A model generated the notes under the pieces. That model saw nothing but the letters and a program-made list of their open reading frames with translations, searched no databases and was not told the DNA's origin. A stretch of 63,029 nucleotides of DNA, counting the filler, from Sphacelaria rigidula (taxonomy: Eukaryota), in assembly GCA_964200075.2 (NCBI GenBank). It is 7 parts of 7 records of this genome, joined end to end, with 100 filler letters (N's around TTAATTAATTAA, not from the genome) between each part and the next. Parts side by side here need not be neighbours in the genome. Positions count along the whole stretch, not along the records: positions 27,058 to 35,976 come from CAXNAA020009758.1; positions 36,077 to 44,994 come from CAXNAA020009759.1; positions 45,095 to 54,012 come from CAXNAA020009760.1; 4 more parts are not named here. One strand, written 5' to 3'. The translations under genes and the position numbers were made by a program. The number at the start of each line of letters is the position of its first letter. Positions within the stretch are counted from its first letter, which is position 1. This document shows, piece by piece, positions 35,501-47,479 of this stretch.

Positions 35501-38500
35501 GGCGATTACCAATCGCTTGAGAGATTGACATCATCGATGTTATTATACCAGCATATGCCAATTTTTTCATGTGCCAGAACATCGACGTGTGGAGAGATTC
35601 CGTCGTCTCTTCATGCCTGTCGAGCTCACGAGAGCGAAGATTGATTCCTCTCTGCCTCTCTTTTTGGACAGGACGCGCCTTCGTGCGCTGAAAAACATGT
35701 CGTTGAAAAATAGGGCAATGTTCCCGTCACCTCTACTACTGTTCTCCGTCACACACATGCCAGCAAGGGCGGTGGTGCGGCGAAAACAACAGATATATCC
35801 AATTTGAACTTGGGGGGGGTGTTATTCATCGTTGATTTTACCCGACATGTATGTGAGCGACCCTCTGGGTGTCCGACGACAACAGCGTGCAAGACGCCAG
35901 TTGGGGGGGGTGTACTCATGATCATGCATGCCATAGTCATAAGACCATTGACCTCGCATCCCTACAATGGCGGGACNNNNNNNNNNNNNNNNNNNNNNNN
36001 NNNNNNNNNNNNNNNNNNNNTTAATTAATTAANNNNNNNNNNNNNNNNNNNNNNNNNNNNNNNNNNNNNNNNNNNNTTATTTTCTGGTATCGCCACGTCC
36101 AGAGACAGCCACAGCTTTTATACTGCCGCATGGGTGTCTAACCAAGGCACCGTGGGGGTGCGAGGTCTAGCCGGACTAATGGTGCGAGGAGCGAGTGAGA
36201 AAATACTGCCCTGTGGTGTGCGCAAGGTTGTAGCTCGAGTGCTGTTGTTTCAGGAGCGGACTAGAGGACGGACTACAAAGAAGGCATTACCTGAGGTGCT
36301 TGATGTTGTGGTGAGCGCCGGATTGGGTGGTGTTGACGAGCAAGTGCTGGTATGATTGAGTGCTTGTTGAGAATGAGGAAACACATTATGACCGATATTC
36401 CCGAATCGTTTTGTGGACGATTGCAGGTCGTTGTGATGTGGTTTCTGGTCATATTTGTGCTGCTGTTTGCGCATGAGGCATGACGGTTGAGCTAGTGTGA
36501 TCGTATTGTGTTTGCTGAGGGAAATGCTGGTGTCCACGTGGATTTTTTTGTTTCTGTTTGTTGTGTTGCTCTGGTTAGCACCCATGATTCTTGGTTGTAC
36601 AAAGAAGGTGGCATTGCATGTGCTGATTAAAATATTGGCATGCATGCGTGGATTTTTCGCTGGAATGTTGAAGGTGTAAATGGCGTCTGGTAAAGAGTCA
36701 GGGTGAGGTAGTTGTCGATGTACTGCTGTATGCTGAATGAAGTGAAACTTGTATAATCTTGTTCGCACAGGAACATAGTAAAACTATATTTGTGCAGTGT
36801 GTGCGTACTGACTGTAGGAGGTGGAAAATGCTGCTGTTGGCGCAAAAAGGAGCAGAAAATATGACATGGGTAGATTCGTATGTGAGCAGGTATAACGCGA
36901 GTGTTCCCGATGGTTGAACATGAAGAAATTATGCGCGCATGTATCAATAATCTTTGACCGTGGCACGTTCTTATGGGTTGTCACGTGTTTGAACGAGCGC
37001 GTGGATGTTTTTTCGTTCCTGCCAGGAGCATGTGGATAATGTGTCCATTTTTTCGGCAGAAGCGGTGCAGGTGAGGTGCAAGCGTGTGAAGAAATTCATT
37101 ATTTCTACATTTCGGCTGATACCCGGATGTGATATGACGGTCCAGAGTCCAAGTGAGATATATCCGAGAGTTGTTTTCTGGGGTGTGCTCGATATCTTGA
37201 GTTCGAAATACAAATTACGACGTGTGATCAATGGTGACGGAGGTCGAGGTCCGTTCGCCGTTCTTGGATTGGTATGCATGATTTGAAAAGCGGTTTGAGT
37301 CATGGCTTTCTTTTGATTGTCTTCATAAATTGATGGAATGAATTGCCCTGTGTCCAGGGCGCTTCCGATTTCAATTTATTTCGGTGTTTGTGACGTTGCA
37401 GTCTCGTATTTCGACGGTGAAACTGGAATGGTCTCGGCTGGGCCCTTCTACTCTAAGATGAAGGTCTGCCCGTAAGTTATTTTGTACTTACATTCGGTTT
37501 CTATTTCCTTACGGGAGGTGGTGGACTGACTGGTGGACTAGCTTCAGTACCAAAACGCCCAGATATCATGATGCAAATGCTTTGTGTCTCGTTCGAATCA
37601 CGTGTTTCATGCTTATGATATAAACTGCCTGTACTGCAGTATGGTTGCGCTCTTGCATTCCTTGACAATAACCACGCTTCCCGCGCCTCGTACACAGTTC
37701 ATGATAACCATAGGCGCCATCCGCGATAAAGGGAAATCGGCCCTGCCCAACTGAAGGAATAAATAAACGTTTTTTTTGTTCGCTCCGCAGAACCCGGAAC
37801 CATCGTCTGAAAAAAGAGGGGGAAAAAATCGGTTCGGATCACCGCGAAATTTGTTTCTCGCCGTATTGCCGATTTTTTTTTCTCCTCCTCCTTGGCAATC
37901 GCTTCCGCGTGGTCGATTTAGGGGGGGGTATAGCCCCTCAAAAGGTTGTTCACACCGAAACCCCGTTTACCACAGGGTCGATAATGAGCGCCGCTGCTGG
38001 TGGGCAGGCGGCAGCGCTTGCATTCGAGGAAGACTTATTGCCAGGCTTTTGGATAATTGAACGGCTGGCTCATATTAGTTGTGCTGTTGTGTTTACGCAG
38101 AAATTCTCGTGTATAATATACGGAGGTGTGGGTGCCTTTTTTCGGTGAAAAATCGTCGCGATGTTGGACAGAGGGGTTCAAGTATCTGGACATGATGCGT
38201 AAATCATGTTTCTAACTGGACCGTTTTTGAGAGACAAGTGCTGCCGCTGGCGATGTGCCCATAGCTTAGCAGCAACAGGGGGGAGAGTAAATCTGGTTGC
38301 AGATTCGTGATGTACGCCCATAAATTGACTAACCCTGAAAATTTCATCTCCATGGGACATTTTTTTCACAACCGGGGATGATTTTGGCCCATGCCCGCTT
38401 TTTGCGTTTTCAAATATTTCCCTAGGGATAATTTGATAACTAGCTGAAACCCGGTAGTCATCGATCTTTTTTTGTTTTGTTTTTCAGCATGTCAACCCTG

Positions 38501-41500
38501 TACCCCTGAGTAGACTTGCATGAAATTTCGAGAGCTTAGTCGGGGATTTTTGGTTTACTTCCCCCCCCACCCCCCCCACCCCAAAAAAAGCGCGGTCGTT
38601 CAACGTGGATGGCGCCCATATCATGTCGGTGGCGTTTATATCATGCATATTCGTTTCTAAACGGGTACGATATATCCTATTTGGTACAGCATGCAGCATG
38701 CGGCAGCACTAGATCGAGAAAAACTGGTTCACCACACCTCCAAGTGCAACAACGATGGACTCGCTGGCATCTCTTCTGCATGTTTTCGAATAAAGTGTGA
38801 TGTAACACGAGGAGCAATACCGCGACGGGCTGCCACAGGGGAGTACAACGCTGTAGTGCACAAGCGCGCTGGCACGATATGGGCAACACGGAAAACCGAG
38901 CAACGCCCTACCGCGCGTGCTGCTCGAGAAAACTTGCTCCGCGCGTTTCATTTAGTTCAGTGCTTTTTGTTTGATGCAAGGCGCTTTATTTAATTCAATG
39001 CAGAGGTTACCGTATGTGTGGAGCCAACACTGCGTACAAACCGTAGCGTGAGGCGTTCGGCGGTACTACCTGCTTACTGCACAGCGGCAGGGTGCAGGGT
39101 AACAAAGTACACCGCAGGACGTGACATCCTCAGCCTATCCCTGTCCGGCATTGATTTCGCGTTGTCCTCTGCAGTTCGCCACATTATGAATGTAGCCGCT
39201 TGTATCGCGGCCAACGTGTACGCAGGAAATCACGCCTCGCTACGCGCTACTATATTGCTAAATCACATTTCGTGAAGCTGTTCGTGTTGCAGCTACAGCG
39301 TGCGTTTGCCCCAGGTGTCGCACGCAGAAGTGAAAGGCCGCCTCCGCCGCTGTAATGGCTGCCTGTATCTTGGGCGAAGCTCTGTGGTAAGACAGCCGCG
39401 GCTGGTGTGCCCACGTATACCGAAAGGTGGAGACCGGCGTCCAGAATAGATGGGACGACAACACACAACAACACAGACTGCGCAGTACACTTTCCACGTC
39501 GTGTTCGTACTGACTGTAGAAATCTTTTGTCCACGGTTGGGTACAATTCCACATATAATGCAGGGCCCGGTACACCTCGACCTATAATGTACCTAAGGTC
39601 TGGTACATTTTCACATGTAAATGTAATGTTATTCAGTGATGTAAAAAAATCCGCAACATCTGAGCGAACTGCAGGTGAGACAATCGCCTAGACAATCGCC
39701 TGCAAACTCTGCTCCAGCGCAATGTAAGGTGATGACGCTAGGAGGACACTACCATAACCATCTTGCAGGCTGCCAGACTGTCAGGACGTGGGATGCGCTA
39801 GCATTGCTACTGTTTGTACGGGGATGTTGCCCCCTTGTCGGGTACGTTTTGGAGCATGATACTACGAAGTATTAACAGATGTAGATCATCCTTGTGGGCA
39901 CCAAACGCTGGGTGTTCTCACTCTAGACTTGGATTTGGAGGATGATACAAGGTAGGCAGTCGCAACTGCTGTGTGTCCAGGTGCCCCTTGGAGCAAGATG
40001 CGTTTGGTGTCTGTTTGACAAAGTTATCCCCCCCAAAACGACGTTAATAGGGGTTTTAGAGTGGAAAAATCTAGCAGAACAATGTTGCAAGAATCGAGTC
40101 GCAAAAATCCTGTCGCAAAAAACCGGTTAGTCGAACTTTTACCCGAAGGAGAAACCAAAGTCACTTCGTGAAATTGGAATGATGAAGCTTCGAAGCTTTT
40201 ACGGCGGAGAGGCGTGCGATGTACATCTTCTCACGAAGTTGAACAAGTCAGAGGCTAGGTGCGTACTAGACGCCTGTGAAACATTTTTTGCAGCTTCAGG
40301 ACGATGCATCGTTTGTTGCACTCCGTCGGGCAGGTGTTGAACGTACAAAGGGTGCATTTTTATCTTGAAGAGTACCTTGTCTCGGATAAAAGATACGATT
40401 AGTCACGAATGCTTTGTAATGTGACGTTCGCCGACGTTTCAGGTTTTCCTTACCGATGTGGAGGCACAAAGACTTGTTTTGGGAAAGGATTTGAGAATTT
40501 GGCGCTGGTTATCGCTTCGTGACTCAGAGTGGTGCAAGTAGCGTGAAAGCGGGTTCATGATGAACGACGTTTTTAAGTCTCTTACGAGTTGTTCGGAAAC
40601 CGGGCAAGATTGTAGAGAGCTGTTCTCGAAAACAGCGGCAGGGATTTATGTTCCGTGCGGAAAGCGCCGGTAGTACCAGGCGACAATGATGTCTGTGATT
40701 GTCAAGCTCTAATGTTACTACTCGTCGGTAGTGGAAGAGCTTTGGGGGTGCTGTAGACTTGGGCTCCCATTGCTACCTATACGGGTGACCACTGGGGTGC
40801 CTGTAACCTGAAATTTGGACGTTGCAAACGTTGCCAGGTAGCCCAGGGGCCACCCGTGTAGGTTAATGACATGTAGGTGGTGCAAGGCGCAGTAGGTGTT
40901 CAACTCTGGTTGATGGATCGCAGGTCTGCGGGTCTGATCGGTGGACTCAGAGTGTTTTGTCTTAATGATGTGTAAGGGTAGTCTTTGCACTCCGGTGGAG
41001 AGGGGTTATGATCCTGTTCTCCTGTACTATGAACAGCTGAGGGTTAATACATGAATGACTGAGGCCACCGAAGTCCATTACATGATGGGAGGGGTCCGCA
41101 TGGCTGTCTAATCTTCAGTGACAGAGGTCTGAATCACGGAACGGTGTCGCTGGAGCACTGGGCATACCTGCATTACCTCGACATTGATTGTCTCTTTTGG
41201 GGTTTTCACAAGCCACAACGAACGCGGAATACGAATATTTCAGGAGGACAACAACACGGGCATGCAAAATAATCTCATACACATCAATACCGTGTCACTG
41301 GGATGTTCCAACATGGCCCGGACGCAGCACTTGTCGCAAGTAGTGCAGAAATCGTGCACAATGGTATACTGCAACGCAATATACTCCATCCCTTCTGAAT
41401 CACAAATCCGTTCACGGTACCACAGTCAGTGCACCTGCGTTCGATCTACCGGGCTGCAGAAGGTGGCATCGAAACTGTGCCCGACACCCCTACTCCCGGT

Positions 41501-41902
41501 CGGGGGCGTAGGATGAAGACAAATGATGCAACTGAGGCGGCGCAACGAACATTGACGTTCCTTCGGCAGTACTGTTGCTGCGATACAATGTGCCCCCTCC
41601 ATTCCCTGCGATCCTTGCCCTTTGCACCTCGCAAAGGCACTGACAGCTTCAAGGATAGTCGAGCGTTTTTACGTTGTCTGATACTGGTGAGAGTCGATGG
41701 GCCGCGGCAGGGTAATGCCCGCGTTCTGCAACAATTTCTCGTATGGGATTCACACGCTGGTGTTTGGAGGGGAAACATCGCAAATAGGGAAACGCAAATC
41801 ACATCAAAAGTTGAACAACAGCCTACACGGACCGGTACAGCCTCGCAAATACAACAAAAAACGTAAATCGCATCAACCGTTCAACTAAATCTATACGGGC
41901 CA

Positions 41903-44278
41903 TCATGGCCTTGCAGTATCCGTTGTCGCTGCCTTGGCCATGCCCGCCCGCAGTTTTTCCAAATCAAAGGTAACAGGTATGTTGCCTTTGCATAAGTGAA
42001 GATACCTGACGGGCACACGAAAGCGCGATATGGGGGTGGACAGCGGTTGGTTGCTCGTCCCCTTGTTCTAGAAATCGGACAAATTCGGGTCAAGTACAAA
42101 TACTTCACAATCTTCAAAGGATTCCAGCTTTCAAGAATTTCATGGAACAACCGAAGGTGCTTCCCGAAAGATTGTAGAAGCAGCACAAAATAGCATCATC
42201 CCGACGGGCGTGCGAGATCATCCCGAGAAAAAATTATCCTTTTCTGCAATACACCGCAACCCTCTTACATGTCGGCGGCATCCGCCTCGTCCTCCAGCGA
42301 CACGTCCAAATACTCCTCTTCGTCATCGTTAGCCCGGTCTCCAGCCAGGTCATCGAAGAGCTTCATCTCCTCCTCCGTAGGCCCCGCAACCTCTTCTTCC
42401 TCCTCCTCGTCGTCGTCACTATCACCTTCACTGTCATCATCGCTATCGCCGTCATCGCTGTCCTCATCCTCCGCATCAGCACCATCACTACCCTGGCCTG
42501 CGGCGACTCCTGCACCGTCCGCCCCTCGCCGCCGCCTGCCTCTGCCGCCACCACCTGTCACACCCGCCACGTCGACGCCATGCGGTACTTCTATGCCCAG
42601 CTCGTTCAGGGCATCGCACAGCTTCCCTGTTCGCTCTAGTACCTCGAATGCAGCGTCCGGGGCTACGCCTAGGGATTGCAGGATCGCGAGACTCTCGCCG
42701 GTGTCCCCCGTGGCCGTGTTGCTGCTGCTGGATGCGGACGTTAGGGATGCTAGTGCTGCTCCCACATCGTTGTTGTGTTCGCGTAAAGCTCTATCCGAGG
42801 TCAAAGGGAAGAAAACAGGAGAGGAAAAATCGCTGTCAACCTGATCAGATCGCATGTAAACAGGCTGCCCATGAGTGTCGAAACCCATACGACACTACTG
42901 CCACCGTAGGGCCGCAGGGGATGTCAAACCCTTCCAGAATTATACAGTCCTGTACTCGGGTCAGACGCCTCGCTATGCACGGGTCCAGACAATAAAGGGA
43001 GGTCGAAGAAACACCCCGAAAGCACAAATAACAGTTGTAGTACTACTATACAGATCATAATATGCGAGTAAAACAGCACGGGAGAAGCCGATCCGGCCAT
43101 CAAACAGTAACATCACTCCACAGTTTGACAGCTCTCAGCCTGAATCCCTTACAGCGATAACCGGCAGTTTCGAGGCTTCCAGGTTTTCGGCGTAATATAT
43201 CATATAGCTGTCTGACCCTCATCCTAGCTCCGTGAAGTCATACATTATGAGGAGCAAAACCACATGGAAGCCCCGCCTATGCATGACGCATGGAAGCAAT
43301 GCCTCAGCAAGCACACCACCCTCTGGATTTGCAACGGGCCACGAGTACACTCTGTCGTGCACCCCGGGGCCTCACGATGTAAGTGATTTGACAAACGAAG
43401 GGTGTCCGGTGGTATCCCTACACATGTATCAAATGTCAATGCATTCTAGTCGAGCTCAGTTTCCGGTCTGTAGACCGACTTTCCACCTTCAATAAAATGA
43501 TGCTGCGAGGCATGCAAGTATGCCAAGTTCGAGCTTGTAGGCAGAAACTGTCTTTTGCTAGAAAACTGACGCTAAATGAGGTATGCGGTTGTGTTCACCT
43601 TATTCCTCCAGTCAAGAGTATCACCCCCTGGACAATGGATAACATCGTCAAAAAATGTACTGCTTATAGTATCGGTAATTGTGTATGTTGCAATAGACAG
43701 CATATCACGTATTGTACGCAGTACACTTCCTGACAGTGCAATCTATTGTTCAGGGTGTGAAGAGTTTTCTCAGGTTTTGGCAGCCAGTGCTAAACAAAAT
43801 ACTTTTGGCGAAAGTGTCGGCAAAAATAAATGTCAACCCTACCCAGGTCAAAATCCACGTGTCAACAGTCGTCAGTGTAGGAGTACCATCTTGTAGCAGG
43901 CGAAGAATCATGACAGCGCTCCTTTTCTTCGGTCAAGGAAAAAGAACGGCGACGATGTGACCTAGGTCATATCTACCCACAAGTGGAACACTCAAACGAA
44001 ACCCACACGCACAATCCTCGGGTCAACTGCAACAAAAAAATAATCAGCATGCGCACGCCGGCGGAAATGTTTCGTGCCAGGGCAAGAAGACCGAGCATCG
44101 CGTTCCAAAAGTATACATGTTTTTGTTGTTACCGGACAGCCTTCCCACGAGAGAACCCGCCGGCTGCCAGTTGGTCAACAAGTGCGGCGGCAACGAAGCC
44201 CTTCTTGTCCTTGGTCAGGCCAAAGCGCTCCGCCTTTCGTTGCTCCACGCGCCGCTTCCGCTCCTTCTTGGCGAGATC
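41903..44278 (-). CDS. NUB1: NUB1-like (NEDD8 ultimate buster 1) UBA-domain protein, 3' part; exons 44278-44133, 42790-42269, 42005-41903 (stop)
   Basis: Spliced translation: ...ERKRRVEQRKAERFGLTKDKKGFVAAALVDQLAAGGFSRGKAVR/ALREHNNDVGAALASL (UBA-like), a second UBA-like segment LQSLGVAPDAAFEVLERTG..DALNEL, an acidic linker, then DDEEEYLDVSLEDEADAADM/YLHLC, which resembles the NUB1 C-terminus (DYLD.TLE.E...I.EYL). Splice sites are GT-AG with matching phase 2. Confidence 0.75.
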
Positions 44279-47200
44279 CTGAAGGAACAACACGACAACG
44301 CACGGGAGGACGCAGCATGAGAGCGCGTACACCTTCTCACTGTTCAAGTTTTACAAACATAATTCATGCTGCGCGCGCGCGGGTGTGTGTGTGGTGTGCA
44401 GGAGGGTATAGTACCAGATGACGTGCGTCTTCGATTGTTCAAGCGGCTTCACGTTCACGATTCATATATGTGTACGAGTAGTGTTGTGATGTTCGTGTAG
44501 TGTTATTGGAAAAAAATATATAGATTGGCGTTTCCGAGGTTCTCACGCCGAAGTTCTTCCGCCGAAGTACCAACACTCGCACTCGGGGGGAATAATCGCG
44601 GTGTACTGTATTATAGTACCCGTTTCGCCACGGTGGTCCGATCGTACCAGTGACAGAACTCGGGTGGTGAAAACGCGGGTTCCATTCCCGCCAGATGCCT
44701 AGTTTGGCTTTTCTCTCGAAAACATCTGATTTTCACCGGTGGAAGCATGAGGACGTGAATAGCAAATAAAACATCTTGACGAGAGTGGACGTGGTGTGGG
44801 AGTGTTGGTCATGATCCACTCCGCGACACCAAAATGTAAGGCGTATAGCGGGGGAGAGATGAGTTGATCCCTTGGTACCACGGATTCGTTCCGAGGAGGG
44901 GTGGGGGGGGGGGGGGGGGGGGGCAGCGCGTAAAAAAAAAAAAATAAAAGGGGCAGGCGGGGCGGGGGCAACACCCCCGCCCTGCCCCAAAAAGNNNNNN
45001 NNNNNNNNNNNNNNNNNNNNNNNNNNNNNNNNNNNNNNTTAATTAATTAANNNNNNNNNNNNNNNNNNNNNNNNNNNNNNNNNNNNNNNNNNNNAATCGT
45101 ATCATCTACTCTCAATCTCACGAAAACACTGTTACCAGTGAGCGCTTACTGGTTTATTTGGTAGCTTGTTCGCTTCCTGAACAACCTGGGCCGGTAAGTG
45201 CCCTGCAAAATACAGTTCCGAATTTCTTCCGGTCCGCCGTTTGAATGGCTATTTCGTAGGTTCATATTCAGAGTTGTACCGCGAAAATTGATATGGACGA
45301 TGAATAAGACATCATAAAAAAACGTTTGCGCGATCCCAAAGAAGTTTTTCTTTCATGAGGTAAGGCTTTTGTTTATAACACGCAAGGATAATGATATGAA
45401 AAAGTTCCCTTTGAGGGGCTTCTACGTGGTCTTACACCTTAAAAGAGAGCTATACGGGGTTTGACCCCTTGAAATGGCTCGCTCTGCTCGTTGGGGCGGT
45501 TCCAGGACGTCTTCGCGTCCTCTTTTCGCCGCAGTTCTTATCTTGGCCAAACAAGCTTGGCCTAAGAACGGTCCAGAACGGTCAAACCTAAAAATGAAAA
45601 ACGTTTTTATCTGAACTTCATCGTGTGTGGCAAAAAATGCTTGTTTGGCCGAATGAAAACTGGTGCCACCGGAGAACGCGAACACGCCCTCGACCCGCCT
45701 CAGCTAGTAGCGCAGGTCATTACAATGCGTCAAAATCCACCCAGCTCTCTGTTGTGGTGTGCGTAAAACGACAGGAAAAGCTGGGGAAAAGGCGCTAAGC
45801 CAGGTATTATTTTTGTTTGGTATGAAGAACTGCATAAAGGCAACGACGAGTTTTAGGTCTTGGTGAAATGCCGTCTGATCATAGCGAAAAACGACCTTGG
45901 GTTTCACGCTCACGTTTTGTTATGATGCCCCATGCAGTGTCCATACCAAAATTTAGGATCCAACGCAAAATGTTGAGCTATAACAGGATGACACGCAGAA
46001 TATGCGTGGCAAGGGCTCGTTCTCAAGTCGCAAACTACCAATCCGCTTCTAGGCCGGCCCAGCTCGTAGCTCTGAAGTCCCCCTGATTCCACGAATACAA
46101 CACCCAATGGCGAGCTCCGAAAGTAGATTTATCCACAACTCCTTGCTCGTGACATCAAGCGGGATGTTTCATGCCGAAGCAGTTGGTTGTCGCGTAATCC
46201 GCAGGGGGCACATCCAGGGTTGTGTTGCGGCACCCCGAGCCCAAATGGTCAGGGGCGGCGGAGGTATACACCGATTGCCTGCCTGTTGCAAGAATTGCGT
46301 TCGTTGTAGGAACAAAGCACAATTTCCAACTGAATTTTCCACGAGTGTACTCAACGCGACCGACGTGGTATCAGTGACGAAACCAATCCTGTGTGGCAAG
46401 CCGTCTCGGCTTCGGCGTGTACCAACCCTGCTTAAAGTACGTGATCCCGGTGTAGGCTGCCAAAACCTTCGTGTTCACGTGTTGGGGTTTACTCGACCTG
46501 TCGTGGTTCAGCACTCATACTGCAGTTTGAAAATCGATTCTAGTGTGGGTGTCATTGAACTTCATGACACTCACAACCTTGATATTTCCATAGGTGCGAG
46601 GCTCACGGGCGGGCACGGATGTCCCACATCCTCAACCATGAATAACCTGCGCGTTATCAATTAACATGATGCATGTGCGTCGTGCTACTAAGCTCTACGT
46701 GACCACCTCATGTCAATATTCTGAAGCAGTTCGACGCCTCGTGCCACCTACTGGGGATGTACTTTCCAGCTGCGCATCCTTGCCGCCAGGTACAAGTATT
46801 GGGCCGTGTATATCGAGATGATAAACAATTGTGGCACGAGAAGTGCATTGGATGTGCTTCTCTTCATCCCACTTCCAACCCATCCCGTTCCTTACGACGA
46901 CTTCGTAGTCCCGAGGGATAAACCCATGTTTCCCCTGGTGCATGCCCAATAGTTTGGTATCGCCGATGAGATCAGCACTCCCACACCATGTCGGCTGTCG
47001 TCAAATATTCCCCGGTACTCATGCTCTCACGTCTTCGAAGACGCAATTCACATACATGTAAGAAAACGTATCCACCAGGATTTCCGAAAACCTTCGCCCT
47101 GGTCGATTCAGCATGAAACAGCTGCATCAGTGGGACGCGGCTGTACGGCACACGGCTACAAGTGCACCCTTCTGCGCGGTGACGAGTCAAAAGTAGTGAC

Positions 47201-47479
47201 ATGACCAGGAGAAGATGCAGATTGCAAATTCGTCATACTTCGGAAACCATTGCTGGAGCCATGCCACCACACAATCATCGAAACGAACGACTCAGCGGCT
47301 TCCACCTCCCCAGCCACCAACCGAACATACAGGAGCTGCACGATTTGACTTGAAAACAAATATACTGATATACACCGTAAAGATCTGAGCGAAATCACGA
47401 CTTGCGCACCACAGATACGGTGAAACGAAGCTTTGTCGAACACCAGCCGGAAAAAAGGCGTGCACGGGCCCTCCATTCA

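Noticed and set aside
36077..37330. Possible LINE relic (strong strand bias; NNSRIYLTW and PQGSIFS words on the minus strand)
   Set aside because: Only isolated short words are present, with no YADD motif or convincing domain spacing. BLASTX would be needed.
42269..42844. Ser-rich 191-aa + strand ORF
   Set aside because: It is the antisense of the Asp/Glu-rich NUB1-like exon.
44901..44994. GC hairpin gggcggggg-caaca-cccccgccc near the contig end
   Set aside because: It follows a long poly-G/poly-A run at a contig terminus and is likely low-quality sequence.
46100..47300. Fragmented protein-like minus-strand frames downstream of the EsV-1-7 gene
   Set aside because: There are multiple stops and no family I can recognise.
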